Assembly: GCA_038087875.1 (NCBI GenBank)
Contig: CM076000.1
Span: forward strand, 372,001 to 436,000
Length of the DNA stretch: 64,000 nucleotides
Reading direction: 5' to 3'
DNA from: Malacoraja senta
Lineage: Eukaryota
A program made the translations under genes and the position numbers. The notes beneath the pieces are model-generated. The model worked only from the letters and a program-made list of their open reading frames with translations. It searched no databases and was not told the origin of the DNA. Below, piece by piece: positions 48,646 to 61,196 of the stretch (position 1 is the stretch's first letter; every line of letters starts with the position of its first letter).

Positions 48646-48960
48646 TAATTTAGTTTAGAGATAGCATGTGGAAACGGGCCCTTTGACTCATGGAACCCAT
48701 GCCAATTAACGATCACCCGTACACTAGTTCTATGCTATCCCCGTTTCACATCCTACACACTAGGGACAATTTACAGACACAATTAACCTACAAACCAGCA
48801 TATATTAAGAAGTGTGGAAGAAAACCTGAGCACCCCGGCGAAAACCCACGTGGTCACAAGGGGAACATGCAAACTCCACACAGACAGCACCCGAGGTCAG
48901 GATCGAATCTGGGTCTCTGATGTTGTGAGGCAGCAACTCTACCACTGTGCCAGTGTGCCG
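48646..48960 (-). mobile_element. HE1-like V-SINE
   Basis: Reverse complement of head, V-domain and tail. Confidence 0.88.
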
Positions 48961-49509
48961 CTCTGAATTGCAGAACCTGAATATTGATAAATGGCATGGA
49001 AATAACTTGCAGAGCAACCTTCAACAACTCTTATTAGCAAAGGAACATAAATTACTGACGTCTGTTTCCAAACCAATAAAGTACTTTGACAAGTTTAATC
49101 TGCGAGGCAGAATTACAATGACGTAATTTTACCCATCAAAATACGTAGATTTAAAAAAAAAACAATAATCCCTTTTTAATAAAAATTTCATAGTGTACTA
49201 ATTAGAACCCATTTTCACCTTAAACTTACTACATTGATGGAAAAAATCAGTCAGTAAATTTAAGGTGAGAATGTGAACATGATTCAGATTATTTATTCTC
49301 CAAAGAATCTTTTCATATTTGGGCTAAAATTCATAACTGTATTCTGCAGCTGAGATTTTTTAATCATTCCAGCCTGGTTAAGAGTCAAGAGGTATTTACG
49401 CCCGCATTTGACGCATAATCACTCTGAACCCTTCAGGAGATGACTCGACTTGAAACAAAAAACTTGAGAGATAAAGTTTACTATTTTGGTTTAGGTCTAA
49501 GTTCAGGAT

Positions 49510-50140
49510 TTAAGAGTCAAGTCAAGAGTTTTTTTTAATGAATAAATAAACGATAAGAGTACAATGTCAAAAATAATGCCCCCAAGTCCATATACTTTGG
49601 AGTCTATTTGGAAGTTGTAGTGTTCAATAGCCTGATGGTTGTAGGGAAGAAGCTGCTTCTGAACTTGGACATAACAATTTTCAGGCTCCTATACCTTCTT
49701 CCCAATGGCAAGGGTGAAATGAGAGAGCGGTCATGGTGGTGTGGGTCTCTGAAGATGCTGGCTGCCTTAGAGGCAATGAACCTTGTAGATCCTTTCAATG
49801 GTGGAGAGGTGATTACCCGTGATGGACTGGGCAGTGTTTAACCATTTTTTTGCAATCTTCTTCGTTCCTGTGTGTTCGAGTTGCCAAACCAGGCTGTGAT
49901 GCAACCAGTCAATGCGCTCTCTACTGTACACCTGTAGAAGTTCAAGAGTGGACTTGTTGACATTCCGAATCTCCTCAATCTTCTAAATTGAGGCGTCAAT
50001 GGACTTTCTTTATGATTGCCTCAATGTGCCAGGTCCAGAACTTCAGAGATATGCATGCCCAGGAATGAAAAACTTTCGATTCTCTCCACCATCATCCCAT
50101 CGATGAAGACAGGTTTGTGGGTCCCTGTCCTTCCTCTACC
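49510..50140 (-). mobile_element. Rex1/Babar-type LINE 3' portion
   Basis: KAASIFRDPHHHDRSLISPLPLGRRYRSLK...FRSSFFPTTIRLLN on the minus strand. Confidence 0.82.
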
Positions 50141-50227
50141 AAGAGACCCTCAGCTGCTGAGCCTCCCAGAAAACATCCTCCTTAAAACCAGCTTGTTTGG
50201 CCAAACCAACCTATTTCTTCCGACCTA

Positions 50228-50925
50228 GCTGGGGAATGTTGTAGAGCAGAGGGATCTAGGAGTACAGGTACATGGTTCAAGAAAGTGGGGTTACAGGTAG
50301 ATAGGATGGTCAAAAAAGCTTTTGGCACATTGGCCTTCATCAGTCAAGAGTATTGAAGATGGACAGTTATACAAGATGCTGGTGATATATTTAGAGTATT
50401 GTGTTCAGTTTTGGTCACCATATTATAGGAAAGATGTTGTCAAGCTGGAAAGGGTGCAGAGAAGATTTACGAAGATGTTGGCAGGACTCGAGGGCCTAAG
50501 CTTTAGGGAGAGGTTTAGCAGGCCAGGACTTCATTCCTTGGAGCACTGGAGGATGAGAGGTGATCTTATGGCAGTGTATTAAATCATGAGAGGAATAGAT
50601 TGGGTAAATGCACAAAGTCTTGTACCCAGAGGAGAAGAATCTAGAACCAGAGGGCATAGGTTTAAGGTGAGGGGGAAAGATTTTATAGGAACCCGAGGTA
50701 TAACTTTTTCAGACAAAGGGTGGTGGGTGTATGGAACAAGCTGCCAGAGGAGGTGATTGATGCAGGTACAATCGCAGTGTTTAAGAAACATTTGGATGGA
50801 TAGGACAAGTTTAGAGGGATATGGGCCAAACGCCTGCAGGTGGGACTGGTATAGATAGGGCATGTCGGTCGGTGTGGGCAATTTGGGCCGAAGGGCCTGT
50901 TCTCATGCTGTATGACTATGACTCT
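50228..50925 (+). mobile_element. CR1 3' portion
   Basis: LEYCVQFWSPYYRKDVVKLERVQRRFTKML; tatgactatgactcta tail. Confidence 0.92.
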
Positions 50926-51854
50926 ACTCCTGTTATAGTCATGTGATCGATGTTGGAAAAATAATTTCCCAAGAAAGAAAAAGTATCTACTCTTGAACAT
51001 AACAATAGATTGAATGCCATTCTTATCTTGAAATAAGTTAGAAAGGTGTATTAACTGAAGAGTTTCATCCATGCACAAAATCCCGGAAGCAAGTCTGGTA
51101 AATGTTCAAACAAGAAACTTGCAGCCTGAATAGCTTCAAGCTACCATTTGTTTTGTGGCAAGAGTGGTTACGAGAAAGGTGTCTGTGTACGCACAACTTC
51201 CTCTATCCTCTCATAAATCATCTTCTAAAATGATTTGTACTAGTGCTTATGCTTTCAAGTCCAAGTAACTACAACAACACTATCGCAGCAACTTATCATT
51301 ACACCTGTTCAGCGTGGGTTTATCTACAGTTAGCTTCTAAATACATTTTGAACATCTAACATGTTGTTGCCAGTTCATCATTAAATTTACAAAAAAAATA
51401 GGCCAAAATAAACTTTTTATCAGCATTAAAAAAAATGCTACTTGTCCCTATTGTAATCCTGTTTATTCTTTTTGTAATTATAAACTACAAATGTAGAAAG
51501 CAACAGAATTGTGCAACATTTGGACAATAGCAACTTCATTGATATCACAGCACAGTAGGAAGCATTACTACAGGCATGTAGACCAACCATCATAACCTCA
51601 GATACCCTCTTGCCTTTGCAGACACAAGACCAATCAGCAGCAGTAATGTTACAAGTACTTGTCTGCCCAATCTGCCAAGTATCCACCTTTCTGCTATTGC
51701 TATACTTTAAATATACAATGGTATGCACAATTTTGAATAATCTCTTGCTATGTTGAAAGGGTATTTCATAAACTTGCTTTCCTGTTGAATTGGATTTCTC
51801 ATTTTAACTGGATAAATCTCTTTGCGCGCGCAATTTCTATAAATTCATACGTTG

Positions 51855-52305
51855 TAAGACCAGAATTAGGCCATTCGGCCCATCAAGTCTACACCGCCAT
51901 TCAATCATGGATGATTTATCTTTCCCTCCCACCCCCATTCTCCTGCCTTCTCCCCATAACCTCCAACACCTGTAGTAATCAAGAATTTATCAATCTCCAC
52001 CATAGAAATATCCATTGACTTGGCCTCCACAGCCTTCAGTGGCAATGAATTCCACAGATTCACCACCCTCTGACTAAAGAACTTCCTCCTCATCTCCTTT
52101 CTATAGGTACATATTTTTATTCTGAGGCTATGCCCTCTAGTCCTAGACTCTCCCATCAGTGGAAACATCCTCTTCACGTCCACTCTATCCAGGCCTTTCA
52201 CTATTCGGCAAGTTTTAATGAGGTGTCCCCTCATCCTTCTAAACTCTAACAAGTACAGGCCAAATGCCGTCAAACGTTCATAATATGTTAATTCAATCAT
52301 CCCTA
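51855..52305 (-). mobile_element. CR1 3' portion
   Basis: YYERLTAFGLYLLEFRRMRG...RTRGHSLRIK...FFSQRVVNLWNSLP. Confidence 0.92.
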
Positions 52306-53585
52306 ACAATCCCTTTTAGATTAATGTATTCATTTTCCCTCTTAATAATTAATCTATTTTGTTACTATCCAGAACAAAATAAATCAGCTACTTAAAATAT
52401 AATTTGTAATTGGTGTTTTTCGACTGAACAATTATTAATGGTGGCTCAAGCCATTAACTTTAAAATAATTCCCATGGAAACCCCACAAAATATTTTCTTA
52501 AATTATTTCCAAAAGCTTCTCTTGCATGCCTTGCGTAATTCCTCTCATTATGTGGCATTTGCCCAAAATGTTGTTCTTGTCAACTCCAAATTCAGGACTG
52601 AACATGACCTAATAGTAACACATCAGCCATATTTCTCTTACTTCCATGTATGCGAGCCAAGACTACAGGCTAGACAACTACTTTGTGTCTGTTTGGATTA
52701 TGTGCAGCGTTACATTGATCTGGAAATTCACTTGGAGGTTCTCTTTTGAAAGAGAGCCACTGTCTTATGAAACAGTCCCATGAAGTCTGGAAAATTTTAT
52801 AACGGTAGCAGCGCAGTTGAAAACTAATTGTGCGTGCATTATTGATTTATTTGCACTTAAAAAAAACTGGATGATGGAAGTCCCCTACCTTCCAACACAT
52901 GACATCAATATCGGGTAGTCCATGGCTTACTCAGGCTGCGAGTGTGTGCTTGACCATCAAGGTCGCAAGCTGATTAAAACAATCCCTCGAGGAGTAAAAT
53001 AAGCATATGCCAGCTTGCTGTTAATTCCTTTAAAAGCCTTTACATGGTGACAATGTTGGATACACGTGTTGTTTTAACAATATTTAGAAAAATAAACCTT
53101 AAAACAGTGGAATTTGCTGATTAATTAACAATTCGTCAACGTTATTGATCGTCACAAGTCGAAATGGGCTTTGTTGTAACCCCACTTGACAGTAGCATCT
53201 TCCCCTCTGCATTCCCTTCAAGCTCGATCTTGCAACTTAAAAAATGATGATGCCTGTTCAGGTTTGATAGCCTGCCAATGTTGCAGCTGACCTTGTACAG
53301 TCTCATGTCATTGACAGGAGAAAATGGAGAGGGGCACAGGAGATTATTGAATTTTGGAAGCTCCTACATAAATGGCTTTAAAAGGAAACATTTTCCTGAA
53401 AATTAGTCACTGAGGCAGAGGAGACTTTTTATCCTTTTCCTGCAATTCTCTATATATTCACATAACTATACACCCCCCCCCCACCACCCACACAAAAGCA
53501 CACTTAATGCAAACTATGCCATGCTTAGGTTAGAAAGGGTTCAATTAATTCCAAGCTGCTTTGGCAAAAGCAGATAATAAATAGT

Positions 53586-54027
53586 CCTCAGTCTGAAGAA
53601 AGGTCCCAACACAAAATGTCACCTATGCACATTCTCCAGAGATGCTGCCTGACCAGAGTTTCTCCAGAACTTTGGACTTTAGAGATACAGCGTGGAAACA
53701 GGCCCTTCAGCCCATCGATTCTGTGCCGAACAGCGATCACCCTGTACACTATCAATATCTTGCACACCAGGGACAATTTATTGTTTTACCAAAGCCAACT
53801 AACCTGCAAACCGGTATATCTTTGGGGTGTGGGAGGAAACCGGAGTACCTGGAGAAAACCCATGCAGTCACAAGGAAAACGTACTAACTCTGTACAGACC
53901 CGCATTCAGGATCGAACCTGGGTGTCTGGCAGTGCAAGGCAGCAACTCTACCGCTGCGTCAACCTTTGTGCCGACACTTTGTGTCTTTTATGTAAACCAG
54001 CATCTGCAGTTCCTTGTTTCTGCAGAC
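53586..54027 (+). mobile_element. Penelope-derived mini-element interrupted by a V-SINE
   Basis: cagtCTGAAGA head and catctgcagttcc tail; short flanking repeat aatagt at 53580-53585 and 54028-54033. Confidence 0.75.
53669..53972 (-). mobile_element. HE1-like V-SINE
   Basis: ctttagagatacagcgtggaaacaggccc...ggcagcaactctaccgctgcg. Confidence 0.88.
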
Positions 54028-55070
54028 AATAGTTGCTCATGTTATAAGATGGTCCATTAACACAGTGGGCGTATAAAATGACACGGGTCAAATACAAATC
54101 AAGAAATAAATTGTGGTGGTGTTATCAAAATAAACATTTACTTTTAGCAATTCTATATATAGATTCACATAACTATTCCCCCCCCCCCCACAAAAGCACA
54201 CTTAATGCAAACTATTCCTTGCAGCATTAAATAATGATTTTCCAGTTATGAAAAGTGAAACAACAATTTTTTTTTGCTTGGCTGTGTTTTTGATAATATC
54301 ACGTGGTTATGTACATATATACATAAAATATAATGTTATAGCATTATTTAGCTAACAATGCTCTAGTCATTGGGCAGACCTACTAAGTAACATATGGTGT
54401 AGCTTGGGTATGGCACCACTGAGTCTCAGTAATGGGTGCACATCATCTCCTGTTGCAAACAATTAATTTAGATAAAAAACACAGATGTTTATAAAGGTGT
54501 ACAATCTGTTGAACAATTCTGCTCCAGTTCCAGACATTATGCAGCATGGTGCACACAGTGAAAAGAGAGTGTGGACATTTTCCCATGTGTCAGCTGCTCT
54601 TTTGTATCCACATGGGAGTTACCCGAGACAATTAGCCGTTTGGTTTACAAGCTTACACATTGATGACACTCTTGTTTTTTGGAAGAGGATGCAGCATATG
54701 ACCGGTGACATTGGCCCGGTTATAATGTCATTCAACCAGCTGAGCATCATCTGCGAGGCGATACACTTGACAGAACTAATAATTGCCAGGCAAACTTCAT
54801 TGTTTTGTCAGCCAGTTCATTTTCTGAAAGCCTGCTGTCCGAATAGAGGATTTAATCAAAGGGACGTTGAACTCCCTGATCTGTCGTAATATGCCCTCAA
54901 GTAATACAAAATGTGCAATTGACCCAAGGTGGCCAGAAGTATAAAAAAAAATTACTGCAAACATCTTTTGTTCCAAACTACATAAATAATTTTCAAAAGA
55001 TAGACTGGTAAAATTCATTATAGCTGCCATCTTTCATTATGTGACTACAATTACTTCTAAATTCACATAC

Positions 55071-55231
55071 AAAACACAAAGTACTGGAGTAACACAGCAA
55101 CTGCAGTAGGCAGCAACTGTGGAGGCGATATTTCAGATCAGGACCCTTCCAAGTCCTGACCCAACATGGTGCAGTTTCTCCAGCACATTTGTGTTTTGCT
55201 CAAGATTGTAACATCTACAGTTCATTGTGTA
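55071..55231 (+). mobile_element. Old fold-back Penelope-derived mini-element, 15-bp TSD (13 of 15)
   Basis: tctaaattcacatac 55056-55070 and tctaacttctcatac 55232-55246. Confidence 0.72.
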
Positions 55232-57307
55232 TCTAACTTCTCATACTCTTTTTACATTTCAGTTGGGTGCAGCGACGTGCAGGAAAGTGACGCAATGGCC
55301 TACTGCTCGCTCTCACAGGTTTAGCTTTGTAGAGACAAACTAACAGAGCCCAGCTACTTTGAGAAGGGATAACATCACTCATGTCTGCGAGGTGCTCTGC
55401 ATATTCCTAAAAAGAGCCAAATAAACAAAAACAGGATGTATGAACGAAACAAACATATCATTCTTAACGAAGACTTTTTTAATAATGCAAGTTATTTTGC
55501 AACAGAATTACAATCTATCATCTCCTCAAGAACGAGACTGTGTTCAGTGCAGAAGACAATCTCTTTGTTAAGGCAAATATTAGTGGCTGTCAAACTAGTG
55601 TTTTTAAAGACGGAAGTAAACATATTGATTGCAGAATGCACCACTTAAATCAGTCAAATGGTGAGCTGAGTTAAAAAAAATTATACAAGTATTCCAGTAA
55701 ACATACTTCTTGAAACAGTAGATCAGGTGCTCGAGTATTCCCAGGATTTTGTTTTATTACAGGCTTCCAGAATTTTGCATTTGGATTTGAAATGTGGTTT
55801 GTAGCTGAACTATGCAATGTTTGTATACCATCGGCAATAGATCTCCTACTCACCAAGATGGCATTCAAGCTCAAATGAACAACCTCATAATCCCCAAAGT
55901 TTAAAAATAACAGATCTGAGACGGGAGTGTTTATTGTCCACTTAATAGCTATCGTGCTTCTAACTGTGGCCTCACTTGCTTAATTTTAGTCAGTGAGAAG
56001 ATACACAATTAAGGCAAATGGCCAAGGGATAAAAAATGTAGTTGTTAAACATCACTGCTCATAGGAGATTTTTCTTAAAAAGTAATCTCAATCACTGGCC
56101 ATTCCATTTCATATTCCTCTGGTCATTTCTTGCAAGAAAACAATTCTGGGAATAGTTCCTTGGCAGGTTGAAAAATTGGTCTTGGGAGCTGCATACCTAT
56201 GATGGCATCAAGTTGAATTTTTACCAAGTGCTTCTATAGCGACATGCAACCTGAACTTCTATCTGAAACCATACAAATCTGTTCTGCACAGTTCCAAGCA
56301 GTTTCATCCATGACACTTTATGAAAGATTTTAAACAGCACCTGCTGATGACAGTCAATCAGTAACAATGGAAGAGGAACAGAATTAAACATTTCAGATTC
56401 GATTATTAACTGAAAATATTAACTTTTTTTTTGTTCTTCAGATGCTGACTAGGTATTTCCTGCATTTCAATGTGTGAGATTTTAATACCAGGGACAAAGC
56501 ATCTGGAGTGCCACCCCGGGCACTCTGTCAACATTAAGCACATAGCATACCACTTGAAGCTCCCTCTTCTTATGGCTCACCCTGGATTGAGTATGTTTTC
56601 CTATTAGGAAATTAAACAAGAGTAGGCCAACTGCCTCAGACCTGGCAACGCTTTGAATTGGCTTCCCAGGTAGAATAAACTTTACCAATGATTGATGATA
56701 TTTATTAAGATTAACAATATTTGATTTTTCACCATCACAACATCAATTACTGCATTTTTCCAGAAATACTCATCTTGATCAATGTCCCTGTCAACATTTT
56801 ATGTTGGCTTGGATTAAAGGATCTTGGTATACTCTGCACTGATCTTAACGGGCTCATCAAACTTCCTTCTGTTTCTCAGCGAGTAAATAGCTCTACAAAT
56901 AAGGGGAGTAAAAGTGTATTCAGTACTCAAGTGTGGTCCAAACAGTGCACTCATTACCCGTGCAATAGCCAGTTCCCTTCCTAATTTTGTACTGGCATGC
57001 TAATATTGCACTTTGTATACGAGAACAAGCATGTCTCCCTCTAAAGCAGTCCGTAATCTCTTTTTATTTTAAAAAAATCAGTTTTCAATTCTTCATGCCA
57101 AAGTGAACTGTACTCCCCTTAACTTGTGTTCTTGATGATGTTGGTAACATCAGCAAATCTGGCTACAATACTTTTAATTCTCAATTAAAGTTGTTAATAA
57201 AGTTTGCTAAGAGTTTAGCCTCGTTGCTAAGAGTTTACTGATACTTATGTTCCTTCATTGTGTTACAATGAAGGCAGCCAGAAAAAAATGTATTCATCAT
57301 CATTAGA

Positions 57308-57594
57308 ACAGCACAGTGGTGCAAGGGAAGAGTTGCTGTCTTACAGCGCCAGAGACCCAGGTTCGATCCTAACTACATGCACTGTCTGTACAGTGTTCGT
57401 ATGTTCACCCTGTGATTGCATGGGCTTTTTCCCCATTGCTCCAGTTTTTTCTCACACTCAAAAGACGCACGGGTTTGTAGGTTAATTGGCTTCGGTAAAG
57501 CATGTAGAATAGTACTCATGTATGGGGTGATTGCTGGTCAGCGCGGACTCTGGACCAAAGGGCCTGTTGCCACGTTGTATCTCTAAACTCTAAA
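57308..57594 (+). mobile_element. HE1-like V-SINE within old minus-strand CR1 remnants
   Basis: B box ggttcgatcc, V-domain, tgtatctctaaactctaaa tail. Confidence 0.87.
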
Positions 57595-58452
57595 TCTTTC
57601 TTCCTCATTTTGTTGGTAAGACAACCACCATTGCTTGTGCCCCCTCCCCCTACCCCCCAACTGACCCTGTTGAAATGCTATCCTCAAATGCATTAGCTCT
57701 TATCAAGTAAAATAACCTTTCAGGTGGCACATTAGTGAATAGCTTTTGGAAAATCAAATGCATCTCAGCTGGTTCCCCATTACCCACCCTGGAACTACAT
57801 CCTCAAACGCTCTAATAAATATGGACATATTTGTATTCATTCATATAATAGGGTCAACCCTACTTAATTGTATTATGATTTACTAAATGTCTAAATACCA
57901 TTTCCTTAATAACGCTGGATTCTATCATTTCCCCAACATATGTTCGAACAACTGCTTTACAGTTTCTAATTTTCTGTTTCTCTCCTTTCTCACAAAGGGT
58001 CTTTCCAAAATAGTGGGAAGTTTGGAAGAATGCACAGATGCATCCACCATTTCTGCAGCTATTTCCTTGAAGATCCTTGTGCCTCAGAATCTCTGCAAGG
58101 TTCTCGAAAGAAATCAATAATTCAAACTGACATAAAAAGGTATTTTGTTGAATCAAAAAGATTTCATGCCAATACATTATTTTTCTAAACTGCAGCTTTC
58201 TCCATACAGATGGAGAGATTGTGCAAGTTTCAAAACCAATTATTTCTGAAACCTACAGGAAACAGTTGACCAGCTCCTGGTGCTGCTACACTCAAAACAT
58301 CACTTTGTCTACTGTTTGGGGAAAATGTCATGGTTCACAAGCTCTGCAGCAGTAAATTATATTTAAATAGTAAGATTTGATTATAGCTCCAATTTTTAAT
58401 TTTCATAAACCAAAATATTTTAAGATGGTATAGCAAGAACTGGTTTTACAGT

Positions 58453-58638
58453 AGGTACACAAAAATGCTGGAGAAACTCAGCGGGTGCAGCAGCTTCTAT
58501 GGAGCAAAGGAAATAGGCAACGTTTCGGCCCGAAACGTTGCCTATTTCCTTCGCTCCATAGATGCTGCTTCACCCGCTGAGTTTCTCTAGCATTTTGTGT
58601 AACTTTGATTTTCCAGCATCTGCAGTTCCTTCTTAAAC
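58453..58638 (+). mobile_element. Near-perfect fold-back Penelope-derived mini-element, 14-bp TSD
   Basis: actggttttacagt at 58439-58452 and 58639-58652; arms of about 75 bp centred on caacgtttcggcccgaaacgttg. Confidence 0.93.
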
Positions 58639-59719
58639 ACTGGTTTTACAGTGCTTGCTATACAGCAAGCACATACACCTATGGAATTCAACATAATGTT
58701 TTTTGCCAATAATTGAGGAATTGTCAGACCATCCAATTCATACAACGCTGCTATTTGATTCTTTTTACATTTCTGAATTAGTTCAGGTTGCAGTTTACTG
58801 TTGATTTGTCTTCATTTAACTTTGCTAAAACCAGACAAAAAATTGTCTCACTACCTGGAAGCAATGCTAACTTGACTGACAAAACCACCTTGGCCATGCT
58901 ATGTAGCTTAGTTGTACCTTTGCCTAGCTATAGATTTGAATACTAGAAATTCCATGGATTTTATCCCCCCAAATGGCTTGTGTCTCGTTTTTTGCTTTCA
59001 CTGGCAGTTTAACCCAGGGGCAGGCATACAGAGAACCGTTCTTTAACTTGCCTGTAACTACTGTTAAACTTCAACTCATGCTACCCCTTCTCTCAAAGGA
59101 CTAGATGTACTGGCTCAAGCAGATCTTCTGGATGGACTTTAAAAATTCAAGCCCCTCTAAACCTTTCACACCAAGGCAACCCCAGTTAATACCGGGTCTG
59201 TTTGGTGGCATGCAGTGACCCCCAAAAAAATGATCACCCCTTTTCCCCCATTTTTAAGGTCTACTGAAATGATCGACTTGGAAAGACTTCCAGGAATTCC
59301 TCCCTCACACCTCCATAACAGTGTCCTTGATCAATATTAAGGGTATATATACGCTTACACATCCACTCCATTGAACCCAGAGTCGACACCTTGAAATATT
59401 GAGTTACCAGTCCTGACTAACTTTCAGCCATATCTCTACAATTGCAAAATATCCTCTGCTTTACATATTCAGAATCCTCACATTTAAAATGTTGTCCAAC
59501 CTTGCATTCATCCCAGATTTAAGTTAACGTATGCTGTCTGCTGAACTAGCTTTGTATTCCTTTTACATTTGAATGTTGCTCACCACCTATTGCACTTCAC
59601 AAATATTTATGTCACTAAATATAAATCATCAGTAGTCACATACATACACAATTTGTTCGTATAAAGGACAGTTTCAATGAGGATTATTTATATGCACATA
59701 CATTCACTGGTAATAATCT

Positions 59720-60089
59720 TCATGAAACAAAGAACAGTCCAGCACAGGCCCGTCGGCCCATAATGGCAGTGCTGAACATGATGCCAAAACCAACTTGATA
59801 TTACATAATTATATCCCTCCATATTCATGCACTTATCGAAAAGTCTCTTAAATACCACTATCCTATCAGTCTCCATCAACATCCCAGGCAATGTATAGCA
59901 AACACTCACCACTGTGTAAAAAAAAACGCCCAGCACATCTCCTTTAAATGTTGCCCCTCACCTTAAAGCCATGCTCTCTAGTCTTTCACATTTACACCCT
60001 GGAATAAAGATTCTGACTGTCTACCGGATTTTCTATCAGATCTCCCCTCAACCTTCAACATTCCAGATAACAGAATCCTAATCTGTCCA
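59720..60089 (-). mobile_element. CR1 3' portion
   Basis: Reverse complement of the CR1 tail (ccctcaccttaaagccatgctctctagtc). Confidence 0.8.
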
Positions 60090-60412
60090 GACACAAAATA
60101 CTGGAGTAACTCAACGGGACAGGCAGCATCTCTGGAGAGAAGGAATGGGTGACGTTTCGAGTTGAGACCCTTCTTCTGACTGATGTCAGGGGAGGGGGGG
60201 GGGACAAAGATAGAATATAGTCAGAGACAGTAAGACTGGTGGGAGATCTGGGAAGGGGAAGGGATGGAGAGAGAAAGCAAGGGCTATCTGAAGTTAGAGA
60301 AGTCAATGTTCATACCGCTGGGGTATAAACTACCCAAGCGAAATATGACGTGCTGTTAGTCCAAATTACGCTGGGCCTCACTCTGACAATGGAGGAGGCA
60401 CAGGACAGAAAG
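60090..60412 (-). mobile_element. Penelope-like element 3' end (GIY-YIG end plus pseudo-LTR), 8-bp flanking repeat
   Basis: Minus strand LSVLCLLHCQSEAQRNLD*QHVIFRLGSLYPSGMNIDFSNF, then a hammerhead-like motif with mutated core (CAGAAGA); tctgtcca at 60082-60089 and 60413-60420. Confidence 0.87.
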
Positions 60413-60438
60413 TCTGTCCAATCTGTTCTTGTATAATA

Positions 60439-60981
60439 TGTGGCATCCGGGATGATGCAGCAAGGTGAACTCACTTTGAAAAGACCGCACTGGTGTCTCT
60501 GTCTCATCCTGGCGGCTCAGTCTTTGTCTCTGTGTGGGAGCGCAGATCACATCTGTAGGCAGGAAGAGGTTCTGTCATGTCAGGCTTGCCCTGGCCACTC
60601 AGTCTTAGCCATAGTCGAGGCTCTGGCTGTTGAGGGCTTCTTCTCGGCAGCTCAGTCTAGTCCATACTATAATGCTGGTGGTCCCTGGTTTGTCCCAGTG
60701 GCTCAGTCTTCCTCAACCCTGTGACAGGGAAACACAGCTAGCAGGGAGATGGTCCACTTTGTCTCCCTACTTTCGCTCCCTTCTTCCTCCTCCTTTCTTC
60801 TCTCACCCTCTCCCCTCTGGCTGGAACGCCAGGGTTTTATAGGGAGTAGGCTGGCAAGCTTCAGGTGGGCCAATCCAATCCAAGCAAATTGGACCCAGCT
60901 GTTACTAGCGATGCTGAGGATTGGCCTCTCCTGGCCCATCAGCTAATGATAGGAATCAGAGGCTATTCTTCCTTAAATACA
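60439..60981 (-). mobile_element. Solo LTR (TG...CA, 543 bp)
   Basis: tgtggc...aataca termini with flanks aata/atta (3 of 4). On the minus strand, two CCAAT boxes precede ccctataaaaccc (TATA, about 60832-60844). Confidence 0.62.
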
Positions 60982-61047
60982 ATTAGATATTTCAGACCTT
61001 ATTTATATAGAAAAAGTGTCTGAAACAAATACAACATGTCAAATCTT

Positions 61048-61196
61048 TACTGGCTTTATCTTGCACTAAACGTTGCATTGGCTCAATTTTAATCATGTAA
61101 TCATGTAATGTCCTTCCACTGGCTGGTTAGCACGCAACAAAAGCTTTTCACGGTACCTCGGTACACGTGACAATAAACTAAAACCGAACTGAACCG
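61048..61196 (+). mobile_element. Rex1-type retroposon 3' tail fragment
   Basis: cacgcaacaaaagcttttcacggtacctcggtacacgtgacaataaactaaa; related pieces on the minus strand at 34730-34790. Confidence 0.6.
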
